64,000 nt of DNA, taken from positions 96,001-160,000 of IMG/VR virus record IMGVR_UViG_3300028603_000021. The stretch is one strand, 5' to 3'. Under the pieces are notes generated by a model. It searched no databases. It saw only the letters and a list, made by a program, of their open reading frames with translations, and had not been told where the DNA came from. Position numbers and translations under genes: made by a program. Below are positions 44,672 to 54,334 of the stretch, piece by piece (the stretch's first letter is position 1; every line of letters starts with the position of its first letter). Origin of the DNA: a virus (Duplodnaviria; Caudoviricetes).

Positions 44672-45529
44672 TTACCTACGTAGCTTGTTTCCGAAAGCTC
44701 CAACTGGGTCACTCTTGATCTTCTCGCGCACGATGTGCGTGTAACGCAGACCACGGTCTTTCTTCTCGTGGAATGTCATGGCATCTACATAGTATCTGCT
44801 TGGGTCGGGATTATCCCAGTTACGAGCCTCTCCGAGAGACTTGAAAACCTCGGGAAGATCTTCGTCGTCCTCTTCTTCGTCGTCTGTCTCTTCCTCGTCC
44901 TCTGTGGCTGCTTTCTTGGTCACAGTAGGGGATGATTCATCCCCCGCGACAACCTCAACCTTCTTGTCTTCAAGGTCTGCTTCCGGGGCGGATTCGTTCT
45001 GTTCTGCTGCCTCAGCCTCTTCGTCAGAGATAGCGACAGGGGTGCGCGGCTCTTCACCATGGGTGTTGTTCTCAGGCACGGATGGGATTCCAAGGGACTT
45101 CAGGATTCCGTTGAAAGATGACAAGAAGCTGTCTAGCTCAGGTGGTGCTTTGACCTTAGAAGTAGACTTGAAGGTTTCAAGACCACGCTCAAAGGCTTCC
45201 TTCATGAAGTCGTTGACACAGCTATGCCACTTATCGGTCAAGCAAAGCCCGTAGTTGTCAACCTCCACATACCCAGCCTTGATAAACTCAGAAACCAAGT
45301 CTCCAAACTCACCAGAAGAGATAGCCTCTATCACTGGAGTCAGGTCTTCTTGGATGACCACGTGGTTAGAAAAGCCCGTTGGGTCAACTGTATAGGCAAC
45401 ATCGGGGAATGTCTTGAGCACGTCAGTACCCATAACCTCTGCATCCGGGAACTGGTGCTTCATCGTTTTAAGCCAGTCGTTCGCTCCAGTCTTGGTGCGC
45501 AGGCTTTTAAGTACTGTTACTCTTACCAT
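44672..45529 (-). CDS. Acidic probable head/scaffold-associated protein rich in K[SA] motifs
   Basis: VLKSL, FIKAG, TFKST, ILKSL, VFKSL; AAGGAG RBS. Confidence 0.5.
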   Translation of the reverse strand: MVRVTVLKSLRTKTGANDWLKTMKHQFPDAEVMGTDVLKTFPDVAYTVDPTGFSNHVVIQEDLTPVIEAISSGEFGDLVSEFIKAGYVEVDNYGLCLTDKWHSCVNDFMKEAFERGLETFKSTSKVKAPPELDSFLSSFNGILKSLGIPSVPENNTHGEEPRTPVAISDEEAEAAEQNESAPEADLEDKKVEVVAGDESSPTVTKKAATEDEEETDDEEEDDEDLPEVFKSLGEARNWDNPDPSRYYVDAMTFHEKKDRGLRYTHIVREKIKSDPVGAFGNKLRR

Positions 45530-45549
45530 TTTTTCTCTCCTTAGTTAGT

Positions 45550-46116
45550 TTATGATGGTGAGGTGAGTGGCCACAGTGTGTTATGGTCTATGAGAAAACC
45601 ATCTATCAGAAACGTCCTAGCTTTAAGCGTTACAGTTGTGTTGCTTCCTGGTACCCCAGACAGTGTTACTGCAATCACATCTCCCGTTGTTTCGTTGTGA
45701 ACTATCTCGACTGACACAACCTCTACAGCGGCATCCCCTTGTGGGATATCCAAGGTCACCACTCTCTCCGGGAACTTTACCTTACCGTTGTCGTGGTTTA
45801 CCTTATACCACGTTAACGGAAGGTTGGGGTCTTGCTGGGCATCTCCTGGAACGAAGAACGTGACTACTGTAGCCACATCGTTAGCGGTGCTGATCATATC
45901 CTCATACGGTACTTCCCACTCAAGTACCTTAGCCCCAGACCCCGTTCTGAAGTAGTACTGCCCCGTTCTTCCATCCATTACGATAGCGTGGTCATAGCCC
46001 TCTGGCATAGTAGCCCACGTTAACGGCACGTTAAAAACACCGGTGTCTTCGTTATAGAACAAAACTTGTTCGGTGGCAGAGTCAAAACCAGTAGTCTTGG
46101 GTTCTATCAGAAACAT
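45550..46116 (-). CDS. Hypothetical beta-rich protein, probably virion
   Basis: 188-aa ORF in the structural region. Confidence 0.55.
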   Translation of the reverse strand: MFLIEPKTTGFDSATEQVLFYNEDTGVFNVPLTWATMPEGYDHAIVMDGRTGQYYFRTGSGAKVLEWEVPYEDMISTANDVATVVTFFVPGDAQQDPNLPLTWYKVNHDNGKVKFPERVVTLDIPQGDAAVEVVSVEIVHNETTGDVIAVTLSGVPGSNTTVTLKARTFLIDGFLIDHNTLWPLTSPS

Positions 46117-46118
46117 AC

Positions 46119-46838
46119 TTACTTCTCTCCCTGTAGGCGGTTATACGAGTTTCTGCCTACGGCGTATTCTCCGCCCCACTCGTAGCCGGTTTTAGGGCTC
46201 GCATGAGTAGTGGCGTATTCTGTCTTAGAAGTATACCCAGCAGAGAACAGCCCTTGTGGGTCTGAGGCGATAGCGACCTCCCCGTTGATGTCCTGGGTTT
46301 TTTTAGAGTACCCGTTGCTCACAGCGCGAGCATGAAGCTCTCCATCGTAGAATTCATTAGGATGTAGGTATGCTACCTTCTCGCCGTCTTCTACAAAGGT
46401 CTGTACCGGTTTAGTCTTACCGTCGCGGCTACCCCAGGAGTTTTTCTCCGCCCAGGCATCACCTACGACAGACCTAGCAAGGAAATCAGTATTATCGTCT
46501 GATTCCCCCATGGGGAAGGTAGATATCTCTTCCCCTACGTTGACATACTTCCAGAACTTTATGGCCTCTTGGAGTTTATACGCATTTTCTACAGAATATG
46601 CAGGCGCATTACCCGTACCGTAGTACTCGTTCCATGCATCCTTGTAAGTCCCGTTAGTATAATTTGCGAGCAGGTCATAAGCTTCTTTGCTGTTGACATC
46701 GAATTCCGCAACAGGGGTGTACTGGTCACGGTAGGCATTCGTCGATGTGTCCTGGGTTATCTCAGTATCCGGCCTAGGGCTGGGTACGTCTTCGCCAGAA
46801 TACCCGCTAGGGAATGGATATTTCAGTGGATCTGCCAT
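46119..46838 (-). CDS. Hypothetical protein, probably virion
   Basis: 239-aa ORF with AGGAG RBS and TGTATAAT upstream. Confidence 0.55.
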   Translation of the reverse strand: MADPLKYPFPSGYSGEDVPSPRPDTEITQDTSTNAYRDQYTPVAEFDVNSKEAYDLLANYTNGTYKDAWNEYYGTGNAPAYSVENAYKLQEAIKFWKYVNVGEEISTFPMGESDDNTDFLARSVVGDAWAEKNSWGSRDGKTKPVQTFVEDGEKVAYLHPNEFYDGELHARAVSNGYSKKTQDINGEVAIASDPQGLFSAGYTSKTEYATTHASPKTGYEWGGEYAVGRNSYNRLQGEK

Positions 46839-46889
46839 GTTAGTTTACTCCTGTGTTTGATTATACAAGGAAATGTCTGAAGAATACCG

Positions 46890-49520
46890 TCACTCTATGT
46901 CCGGGAGTGGTGCTGCATCTGTTCCAAGTCCCCTGTTAGGCACCCATATCTGGTTATGATTCCACCAACGCATGAGCAAGTTCAACGCTTCTTCACTAGC
47001 TCCAGGGTTGGTACCACCTGTTCCAGAACCGATAGCAGTGCTGCCCGGCAGTAGGCTGAAGTCGCCGCTAGAAGGGCTAGCAAACTTAACGCCGTTATAT
47101 GTCAGTCCAAGCTGCCACGAGTTGTTGCTCTGTACGTTCGGAGTCGCTTGTTGAGTGTCTCCCTCTCTGTTGTTCAGGGATATGTTGTTATACGCCTCTG
47201 CGGTGGCTTCCGTGAATCTGAAAGCAAATCCGATACGTGATAATACGGATGTGTTGTACCTAGTCACGGTGTTGGGGGCACCGTTGTAGTTTACACCATT
47301 GTTGAATGCGTGAACTGTTATCGAGCCAGCAAGTTCATTATAGCCCGGGGTTTCCCCACCAAGCTTGAAGCCGTTGCCGTCAGTACCTTGGTTTGATCCG
47401 TCATAGAAGTACCCGCTCGCAAGTGCGACACAATCTATTATGCGGCTGTTTCTAGCACGGTAGAAATCAATACCGTCGTCTACGCAGTTAGCGTTCATGC
47501 TCCTAACTATATCACAGTAAGTCGTTACCCTGCCAGTATTAGGTGCGGCAGTAACCACAATACCGTCTGGAGCATTAGTAGAGCCACCAACCCCAGGGGC
47601 TCCGAGCCACCAAGTAGCACAATCCTGGATGAGTATGCGGTTACCTTCATAGATCATGAAGCCTGTACCGTACTCATTTGTTGCGCTGTGATGAATCCAG
47701 ATGTCTTCTAGCTTCATGTCGTCACACCGGCTCAAGCGTAACCCATAGTCTGCTCCGTTGATTATCTCAAAGCCCTTTATGTGCAGATGAGCACTGTCTT
47801 CCATAAAAGCTGTTATATTCGACCCGCCTCCGTTCAGCAGTGGGCGTTCGGTACCATAGCCAAAGAGCTTCACGTCTGATGTCCACTTCTTGGACAGGTA
47901 AAATGCCGGATATGTCCCAGCACGCACAAGTATTGTCTGTCCGTTCTGGGCTACTGATAGCGCTTTTGTTATGGTTCTGAAAGGAGCAGAGAACGAACCC
48001 GCAGCGCTGTCGCTACCGTTCGTGGCTACATACCAATTTCCAGTTGTCACAGCTCCGGTTTTGGGAAAATTAACCCTGCTTGTACTCGCACTACCCACAC
48101 CAGCAATATATCTGGTTACTGGCTGTGGGCTCTCTTCTGCCACAGCTACATTGGCGTTAAGGCTGTTCCTTCCGTTCGCCCACAGACCAACATTAGCTAA
48201 ACGAACAGAGTATCTTATGTCCGATGCGAGGCTTGGAGCAGCATCCGGCATGGAGAGGTGCATAGCATAACTTCCAGAAGCCATGTCAGATGGTATTGTT
48301 GCTGTATAGTTCAGCTCTCTGGTTTCTCCTCCGAGAGGTAGATCCTTGCGTGCGTCGGCAGTCAATCGGATAGTACGGGTACTTGATCCTATAAACACAA
48401 TATCTATAGGTTGCTGCTTGTACATCTTACCAAAGCCGTCGTTACGTAAGTTCAGCTTGACAGAGAACGGTTGTCCTTTAGTCACAGAGTTTGGTAGGGT
48501 TGCATTGAGCAGAACAAAACGATATCCAAGCCTGCGAGAGATTTCATTGAAATGACCGCTGTTCCTCCACCCCTGTACAACAGTAGCACTATACTCGTAG
48601 TTGAGCACATCCCAATGGAACTGTTCCATCTCCGCAACTGATAACGCGCCAGCTATGCGGTTACCCTCTGTCCAGCTAGAATCACACGTTTCACCGCTGG
48701 TTGCGCTGTAGGCACTTACGTTCGCCCACCATGTTTTCTTAGCGTCGGCGTCTGTCCCGGCACCGTATGAGTAGTTAGGTGGCCAACGACTTTCGATATA
48801 TGTTCCAGAATCCGTGGCATTGGCAAGAAAACAGTCGTTAAGTATTCCAAGCCTTGCTGCTGCGGAACCACTGAAATAATCATTTGACCCAAGAACCAAT
48901 CTGCTTCCCAAGTACTGCTCCATAAGCTCAGGGTAACGCAAAAGAACAGGCACACTTTCTGGCATGTTTGACAGCAAAGCGCTTATGATGTTATTCCTTG
49001 CAGTAGGATCAAGGTTATCCACTAACCCGTTAGTGCCTCGGTTCCACTCTCCCCACGCTCCGACGAACCCTGCTTGTAACGCATCTATGACATCTGCGTT
49101 AGACTGCCAAACAGGAGCCAACTGCCCTATGTGTTGTATGATACGAGATTCGCTTGCATCTTGACCCGTTTCCGTGTAGTTGTACGCATAACGAAGCTGA
49201 AGTTTGATACCAGCAGACCTAGCCGCTGAAAACAACTCACCGTGAGAGTTCAACCAGCTAGTTGAAATAGCAGAGTTACGGAACTCATCTATACGGACAA
49301 GTGCGCGTGTAAGTGTGGCCGGGGTGGATGCGACTCGTACCCCGTTAAAATCTCCCGAGTATGACTTGGCAGCGTGCCACCCCCTGCTAGGATTCAAAAA
49401 ATCCGTCGTAGTGTCTGCGGTATATGCTACTGTTTGCACATCTCCAGAAGGTGGGGTGGGAACACTAGTCCCCACAAACTTAACGTGCCCTCTGCGCTTG
49501 TACGCTAGTAAGTTGCTCAT
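46890..49520 (-). CDS. Putative receptor-binding depolymerase: DUF4874/DUF4832 glycoside-hydrolase-like + PL9-like right-handed beta-helix
   Basis: NPSRGW, QAGFVGAWGEW, RLGYRF; then YVATNGSD...PFRTI, DDGIDFY, DGNGFKLGG. Confidence 0.7.
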   Translation of the reverse strand: MSNLLAYKRRGHVKFVGTSVPTPPSGDVQTVAYTADTTTDFLNPSRGWHAAKSYSGDFNGVRVASTPATLTRALVRIDEFRNSAISTSWLNSHGELFSAARSAGIKLQLRYAYNYTETGQDASESRIIQHIGQLAPVWQSNADVIDALQAGFVGAWGEWNRGTNGLVDNLDPTARNNIISALLSNMPESVPVLLRYPELMEQYLGSRLVLGSNDYFSGSAAARLGILNDCFLANATDSGTYIESRWPPNYSYGAGTDADAKKTWWANVSAYSATSGETCDSSWTEGNRIAGALSVAEMEQFHWDVLNYEYSATVVQGWRNSGHFNEISRRLGYRFVLLNATLPNSVTKGQPFSVKLNLRNDGFGKMYKQQPIDIVFIGSSTRTIRLTADARKDLPLGGETRELNYTATIPSDMASGSYAMHLSMPDAAPSLASDIRYSVRLANVGLWANGRNSLNANVAVAEESPQPVTRYIAGVGSASTSRVNFPKTGAVTTGNWYVATNGSDSAAGSFSAPFRTITKALSVAQNGQTILVRAGTYPAFYLSKKWTSDVKLFGYGTERPLLNGGGSNITAFMEDSAHLHIKGFEIINGADYGLRLSRCDDMKLEDIWIHHSATNEYGTGFMIYEGNRILIQDCATWWLGAPGVGGSTNAPDGIVVTAAPNTGRVTTYCDIVRSMNANCVDDGIDFYRARNSRIIDCVALASGYFYDGSNQGTDGNGFKLGGETPGYNELAGSITVHAFNNGVNYNGAPNTVTRYNTSVLSRIGFAFRFTEATAEAYNNISLNNREGDTQQATPNVQSNNSWQLGLTYNGVKFASPSSGDFSLLPGSTAIGSGTGGTNPGASEEALNLLMRWWNHNQIWVPNRGLGTDAAPLPDIE

Positions 49521-50116
49521 GCTATGTAGGTCACCTCTAAGAGCGGGATGTACTCGGAGCCGATATTATCACCATAGCTGTGGTAGTCAAGGTCAAAGTT
49601 GAGCGTTGTGTTACCTTCAGTGCTAGACTCACAGAAGAACTGGATAGCATTACCGCTAGACCAACCGGGGCGAGACACAACTTCTTGTACGATAGTTTTA
49701 AGCTCTGGACTTTGCATAGCCTCACCGGAAACTGTATTGCTAGCTAGCCATTTTATCTCAGTATTCACATTGCTCTTACGGCTCTGGTGAGCAGAATAAG
49801 ATGTTATCTGCGAGGAGTCGTCGGCTTGGTCTGTTCCTACCATCACATACACGTGAGAATCTACATCATATCGGTCACCACGCGAGTACACAGTAAGCTT
49901 AGCCGTCTGTATAGTAGCACCCTGTGGAATAGTAAGGTTCGTAAACCTAAGGTTGGTATTCATTGCATTTCCTGCTTTACTGAACCAGTACAACGGCTCC
50001 GCGCCGCTGCGCCATGTTGAGAACACCACAGCCGAGGCAGCGTCGTTGTTAGCAGCAACGCGGATAGACAGGTCGATTGGCGTAGCAGCAGACCCTAATC
50101 CTAGTAAGACTGGCAT
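49517..50116 (-). CDS. Putative carbohydrate-binding (DNRLRE-like) virion protein
   Basis: LRFTNLTIPQGATIQTAKL...SPELKTIVQEVVSRPGW; likely start ATG 50116 overlapping the upstream TAA. Confidence 0.55.
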   Translation of the reverse strand: MPVLLGLGSAATPIDLSIRVAANNDAASAVVFSTWRSGAEPLYWFSKAGNAMNTNLRFTNLTIPQGATIQTAKLTVYSRGDRYDVDSHVYVMVGTDQADDSSQITSYSAHQSRKSNVNTEIKWLASNTVSGEAMQSPELKTIVQEVVSRPGWSSGNAIQFFCESSTEGNTTLNFDLDYHSYGDNIGSEYIPLLEVTYIA

Positions 50117-51843
50117 TATGCTGTCCTCGGGATAGTAAGAGCAAGCCATTCGCTGAACCCAGCAACAGTCACCCTGAGGACATCGTTCGCGTTAAAAGTC
50201 TGAGAACCAGTTACGTTGGCTCCGAATGCACCGTCTAGGTTGTTCATACGGGCATAAGTTAACGTAGGTGTGCCAGAAGCAACACGATACCACGCACTAC
50301 TCAGATCCAGCGTAACAGAGTAAGGGAAGACGATGTAATAGTTACCGTTTCCACTTGGGTTCAGGTAGAAAGCTTCGTACTGGTTGGGTCTAGCATCAGC
50401 CACAGCTGCTACCCACGTAGACCCCCCGTTAGTTGTAACGAGAGTAACGATGCTTGTGCTGTTAGCTGTGGTGTTAACCGCTCCGGTGCCGCCGTTAAGG
50501 TGTGTGGTATTTCCTGGATATGTCAGGCTGTAGCCACCAGTGCTGTTCTGCGTTAGTGACATAGTAACTATGACAAACCCAGTTGAGGGGACGTTAGTCA
50601 TAGACAGAGTAGTATTTCCCGTCAGCGTACCATATGCATTTACTGATTTATTACTGGTTAGATCCACAACCTTTGTTCCGCTGGTGTTGCCTAGATTTAT
50701 CTCGTAGATGCTGGCTCCACCACCGCCACCGACCGGGAGATTATCTGTGTAGAATTTGCGGTTAACAAGGTCGGTATCGTCGCCGCTAGCTGGGGTGGGA
50801 GCACGCAGTGCGACTGGAGATACGATAGCAGAAGACGATTTTAATGCTAATGGAACTGCTGAGTCACCGATATCAATGGTGTTAGACGGATTCATGTTAA
50901 CCGCAGCGCGACTAGTTCCACCGGTTTCCTTAACGTAGTAAGGGGCGTTGTTGACAATACTTATAGGCGCAGTAAAGTTTGCACCGTTAAGCCCAGCTTT
51001 ATTACTAAGCTCACCGGCCAGTCCTGTGATAGCACTTATAGGGTGAACGTGGTTAGCGTCTGAAGGAAATGTGGCTGGTTTATTGGTGACGTTACCCCAG
51101 GTTACGCTGTCGGCTAACGCAGCTCTGTCGATGATGCCATCACCGTCGCTGTCGTATGTGGCTTTGAACATGTCGCCACCACCAGGAGCGTTTCCTGGTT
51201 GCCACTTACCAAGGCTGTTGTTAAACATAAGTACTTGGCCGTTTGTGGGGGTGCCATACGTATCGGAGAGCTGAGCTAGGGTGTTAGGCGTAGCCGCCCA
51301 CTTCTGGTCAGAAGTACGGAAGGTCAGGGAATACCCGTCAGCGACGCCAGCTGTGTCTACGTCGGAGTTAGCTCCCAACCTTTGCCCTTGGAGTTCGTTG
51401 ACAAGTATTGCATCTGCTGTTGACGTAGCAACGAACACGACTCTAGTTACAGTCCCTGGTGTAGTTCCGAGACTACCGTCATCTTGCAGGTAGTAGGAGG
51501 CACCCGGTGTCAAGCCACTGAGAGTTATGACACTTCCAGTATATGCCATAACAAACGAGTTGGGTGTAGGAACTTCAGTTACGATACCTAGTATGACTGA
51601 GCTCTCTGTGGTTTGCGCTGTAGATTTAACATAACTGATGCCGTTGTGTCTTACTACTGTGCCGGGGGTGAATCCGTGAGCATTCTGAACTACTGTATCT
51701 GTAGAGCCAGAACCCACACCAAGGCTTTCGAGCCCGTTTACAAAGTTCCTTACAAACTCAAAGTTATCGTTTATCTTCACACGACCCGCATCTAACAGGT
51801 CGTTGACCTCTACAATTTTGATATCAGTTGGATTGATCGGCAT
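50116..51843 (-). CDS. Tail fibre / adaptor protein
   Basis: GRVKINDNF N-terminus, GDMFKATYD.DGDG, HVHPIS.ITGL fibre motifs; C-terminus shared with 24841-26214. Confidence 0.7.
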   Translation of the reverse strand: MPINPTDIKIVEVNDLLDAGRVKINDNFEFVRNFVNGLESLGVGSGSTDTVVQNAHGFTPGTVVRHNGISYVKSTAQTTESSVILGIVTEVPTPNSFVMAYTGSVITLSGLTPGASYYLQDDGSLGTTPGTVTRVVFVATSTADAILVNELQGQRLGANSDVDTAGVADGYSLTFRTSDQKWAATPNTLAQLSDTYGTPTNGQVLMFNNSLGKWQPGNAPGGGDMFKATYDSDGDGIIDRAALADSVTWGNVTNKPATFPSDANHVHPISAITGLAGELSNKAGLNGANFTAPISIVNNAPYYVKETGGTSRAAVNMNPSNTIDIGDSAVPLALKSSSAIVSPVALRAPTPASGDDTDLVNRKFYTDNLPVGGGGGASIYEINLGNTSGTKVVDLTSNKSVNAYGTLTGNTTLSMTNVPSTGFVIVTMSLTQNSTGGYSLTYPGNTTHLNGGTGAVNTTANSTSIVTLVTTNGGSTWVAAVADARPNQYEAFYLNPSGNGNYYIVFPYSVTLDLSSAWYRVASGTPTLTYARMNNLDGAFGANVTGSQTFNANDVLRVTVAGFSEWLALTIPRTA

Positions 51844-51865
51844 TTTATTCTCCCATTAATTATTA

Positions 51866-52201
51866 TCAGTACCCGAACTCTATCGGAGTACCAAACCTAA
51901 CCACATAGTCGCCCCATGTGACTGAACCTTCTTCTGGATTTGTAACATAAAACAACCTAGTGCTCTTATCTTTCTTAGAATAGAAGAACTGGTTGAACAC
52001 ATACGGATAGTATTCTGTGGGTTCGTAAACCATAGTGCCGCTAGGGTATGACGACAGGCCATCTGGTGAATGAAACACTTTATATTTGTTAGCATCAAAG
52101 TCTATCTCTACGAACTTAGGGAACATCCCGTTAGTAGCTACACTGAGTGTCAGCTCAACCTTACGCAACTTTATTCTTATGCCTTCGTTCTCTTTATCCA
52201 C
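51866..52201 (-). CDS. Hypothetical protein (leaderless)
   Basis: TGGTAGAAT 6 nt before GTG. Confidence 0.55.
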   Translation of the reverse strand: MDKENEGIRIKLRKVELTLSVATNGMFPKFVEIDFDANKYKVFHSPDGLSSYPSGTMVYEPTEYYPYVFNQFFYSKKDKSTRLFYVTNPEEGSVTWGDYVVRFGTPIEFGY

Positions 52202-52262
52202 AGACGTATTCTACCACAAACGTGAGGAAATAAAACCGAGCGATATATGGTAAACTAAGTGC

Positions 52263-52451
52263 ATGGTTGAGATCAAAACATTGTCATTCACAACACTACG
52301 CGCCTTAGACATCTGGACTAGATCGAACTACCCGTTTGTCAAGGTCATGTCGATCTCTGCATACGGTGACCCGGTTGCTTACGACGAGGGGTGGGTACTG
52401 ACCTTACCTAAGGTAACGGTGACTTACATAGAATTTCCGAGACCCGTTTAG
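52263..52451 (+). CDS. Small hypothetical protein (leaderless, divergent)
   Basis: TGGTAAACT 6 nt before ATG. Confidence 0.5.
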   Translation: MVEIKTLSFTTLRALDIWTRSNYPFVKVMSISAYGDPVAYDEGWVLTLPKVTVTYIEFPRPV

Positions 52452-52771
52452 TACTCTTCGCTTTCATACCTGGCTAGCTTTTCCCTCAGCCTAGCGACCT
52501 CTTCTTGTAGTGCATCTATCCTAGCACGAAGCTCACGGTTATCACCAGCCAGCTGGTAGTTCAGATCCCTCAGGTCTGAGTTAGCCTGTCTCAGCTCGCT
52601 CAAGCTTCCACGGACTTCCGAGAGCTGTGAATCAAATCCTTCTCTTTCTACTATCTTAAGCTTTGTAGCATCAGAACTTTTAGATATAAACAAGGACACA
52701 ATGTGCGCAACGAGCGCCACACCACCCCCTATCAACGCCACCATAACTGCATCAGTTAAGAGTGTATCCAT
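52448..52771 (-). CDS. Single-TM plus coiled-coil membrane protein (possibly lysis-related)
   Basis: N-terminal hydrophobic helix, heptad repeats; AAGGAG RBS. Confidence 0.55.
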   Translation of the reverse strand: MDTLLTDAVMVALIGGGVALVAHIVSLFISKSSDATKLKIVEREGFDSQLSEVRGSLSELRQANSDLRDLNYQLAGDNRELRARIDALQEEVARLREKLARYESEEY

Positions 52772-52812
52772 CTTTTACTTACTCCTTGGGTCGTTGCTGA
52801 TCCCCAGCTGGG

Positions 52813-53001
52813 TTAAGAATCATCGTTAACCAGCATATCTCCAGACACGTAAACCCCCGTGTATCCGTGCAACTTAAAATCCCACACGAGGGCTGCTATA
52901 CTAACATAGACCTTGTTGTAGTCTATACCAAGGGCAGGGATATAGGGCTTGGCTATGAAGCCATACCGGGTTACCTGTATAGCAAGCTCAAAGCTCCTCA
53001 C
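52813..53001 (-). CDS. Small hypothetical protein
   Basis: 62-aa ORF only. Confidence 0.3.
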   Translation of the reverse strand: MRSFELAIQVTRYGFIAKPYIPALGIDYNKVYVSIAALVWDFKLHGYTGVYVSGDMLVNDDS

Positions 53002-53176
53002 TGCTTACCGTGCTTGTAGAGTGCGTATAAGCTGCAACTGTCACGATTCATACAAACCACCCGATACAGAAAAGAGTCCTTAGGATATCAATCCTACCAT
53101 CGTGTATTTTAGCACTAACGGCTAGGAGGTATCAACCCTAGAGTGCTCTCATTTTCCTCACGTGAACTACCGCCCC

Positions 53177-54292
53177 CTAAAGCGGGGCAGCTTCTCGCTT
53201 CACTGAAAGGTGCGAGTTTTGGATGCCCGAAAGCACCCCGAACACGTCTGACCCCTTCTCCACGTCGGCCAGTTCCTGACCGAAGACAATCATATTACGT
53301 GCTGCGTGGGTATCTCTGTCCAAAGAATACCCACAGTCGCAGGTATACACCCGCGTTGCTAGAGAATGCTTGTTTAGGCACCCGCAATGTGGACATAGCT
53401 GGGTGGTCGGCAGGCTACGGTTCAACATTAGGTTGGCGGAGTTGTGTTGCAACTTCGCCTTTACTCTCCCTAGTATTGACCCATGAACTTGTCTGCCAAA
53501 CAACCCCTTCTGCCAGTTAGTAATCATCTCGTCTTGGAATATCACGCGAGTTCTGCTTAGTGCGCGAATAACCTTATTACTAGCGTCCTCTTTACGGTTT
53601 GCCATGCGCTCGTGTTCACGCTCTAGTTGGTGCTTGGCCTTGTACCAGTTGCTGCTGCCCCGCTGCTTGCGGCTTAATGCCTTGTTGAGACGGCGAAGCT
53701 TGGTCTGGTCTTGGCTGAAATTAACCTTAGTGCCGTCCGAAAACGTCAATGCGTCGGAGATGCCCATGTCCATACCAACCACCCCGGTAATTTGAGCTTC
53801 CTCTTCCGGCAATCTTACGCAGACGTGCAGGTAGAAACCACTAGGCTTCCACACCAAGTCTGCCTTGCGGATATCTGGGGAGTCGGGAAGTTGACTAAGA
53901 CCCCTGACCTTTAAGGGCGCACGCAGCTTCTGTAAGCGTACTCTACCGCCCGAGATATTGAACGTCTGGTTAGATAGTGGAATACTACGAAGAAACCGCT
54001 TGAACTTGAGCCTGCCCACCCGCCTGCCCCGCTTCTTACTTACGGACAATCCTTTGAGACTATCCCACAGCTGACGGTATAGCTGCTGCTTCATCTGCGA
54101 GGACAGCTTTTGCAACCTCACAGTTTCAAATTCCTCCCCGCGCTTAACCGTGATGTCATTTGATGTGGTGTCCACCACCCTAAAATCCTCGTGAGACAAC
54201 AACCAATTGTAGTACCATTTCGCTTCTATAAACAACTGGCGAAGATACTCGTTGTGACCTTTAAGTTTTAGTCTGAACACCTTGTGTCTCAC
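53177..54292 (-). CDS. tnpB: TnpB RNA-guided endonuclease
   Basis: RuvC-I GMDMG, RuvC-II region FQDE, CPHC...CDCG Zn finger, DRDTHAARN; likely start GTG 54292. Confidence 0.9.
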   Translation of the reverse strand: MRHKVFRLKLKGHNEYLRQLFIEAKWYYNWLLSHEDFRVVDTTSNDITVKRGEEFETVRLQKLSSQMKQQLYRQLWDSLKGLSVSKKRGRRVGRLKFKRFLRSIPLSNQTFNISGGRVRLQKLRAPLKVRGLSQLPDSPDIRKADLVWKPSGFYLHVCVRLPEEEAQITGVVGMDMGISDALTFSDGTKVNFSQDQTKLRRLNKALSRKQRGSSNWYKAKHQLEREHERMANRKEDASNKVIRALSRTRVIFQDEMITNWQKGLFGRQVHGSILGRVKAKLQHNSANLMLNRSLPTTQLCPHCGCLNKHSLATRVYTCDCGYSLDRDTHAARNMIVFGQELADVEKGSDVFGVLSGIQNSHLSVKREAAPL

Positions 54293-54334
54293 AATTGACA
54301 CTATATCACCATCCGTGGTATTATGTCAACTGTG
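54290..54334. promoter_or_regulatory. Symmetric overlapping divergent promoters for tnpA and tnpB
   Basis: + strand TTGACA-18-TATTAT-7-GTG; - strand TTGACA-18-TATAGT-7-GTG. Confidence 0.75.

Noticed and set aside
52222-52230. GTGAGGAAA matches the first 9 nt of the predicted TnpB guide, in a divergent promoter region
   Set aside because: Only 9 nt and preceded by AAAC rather than TTAC; compatible with chance
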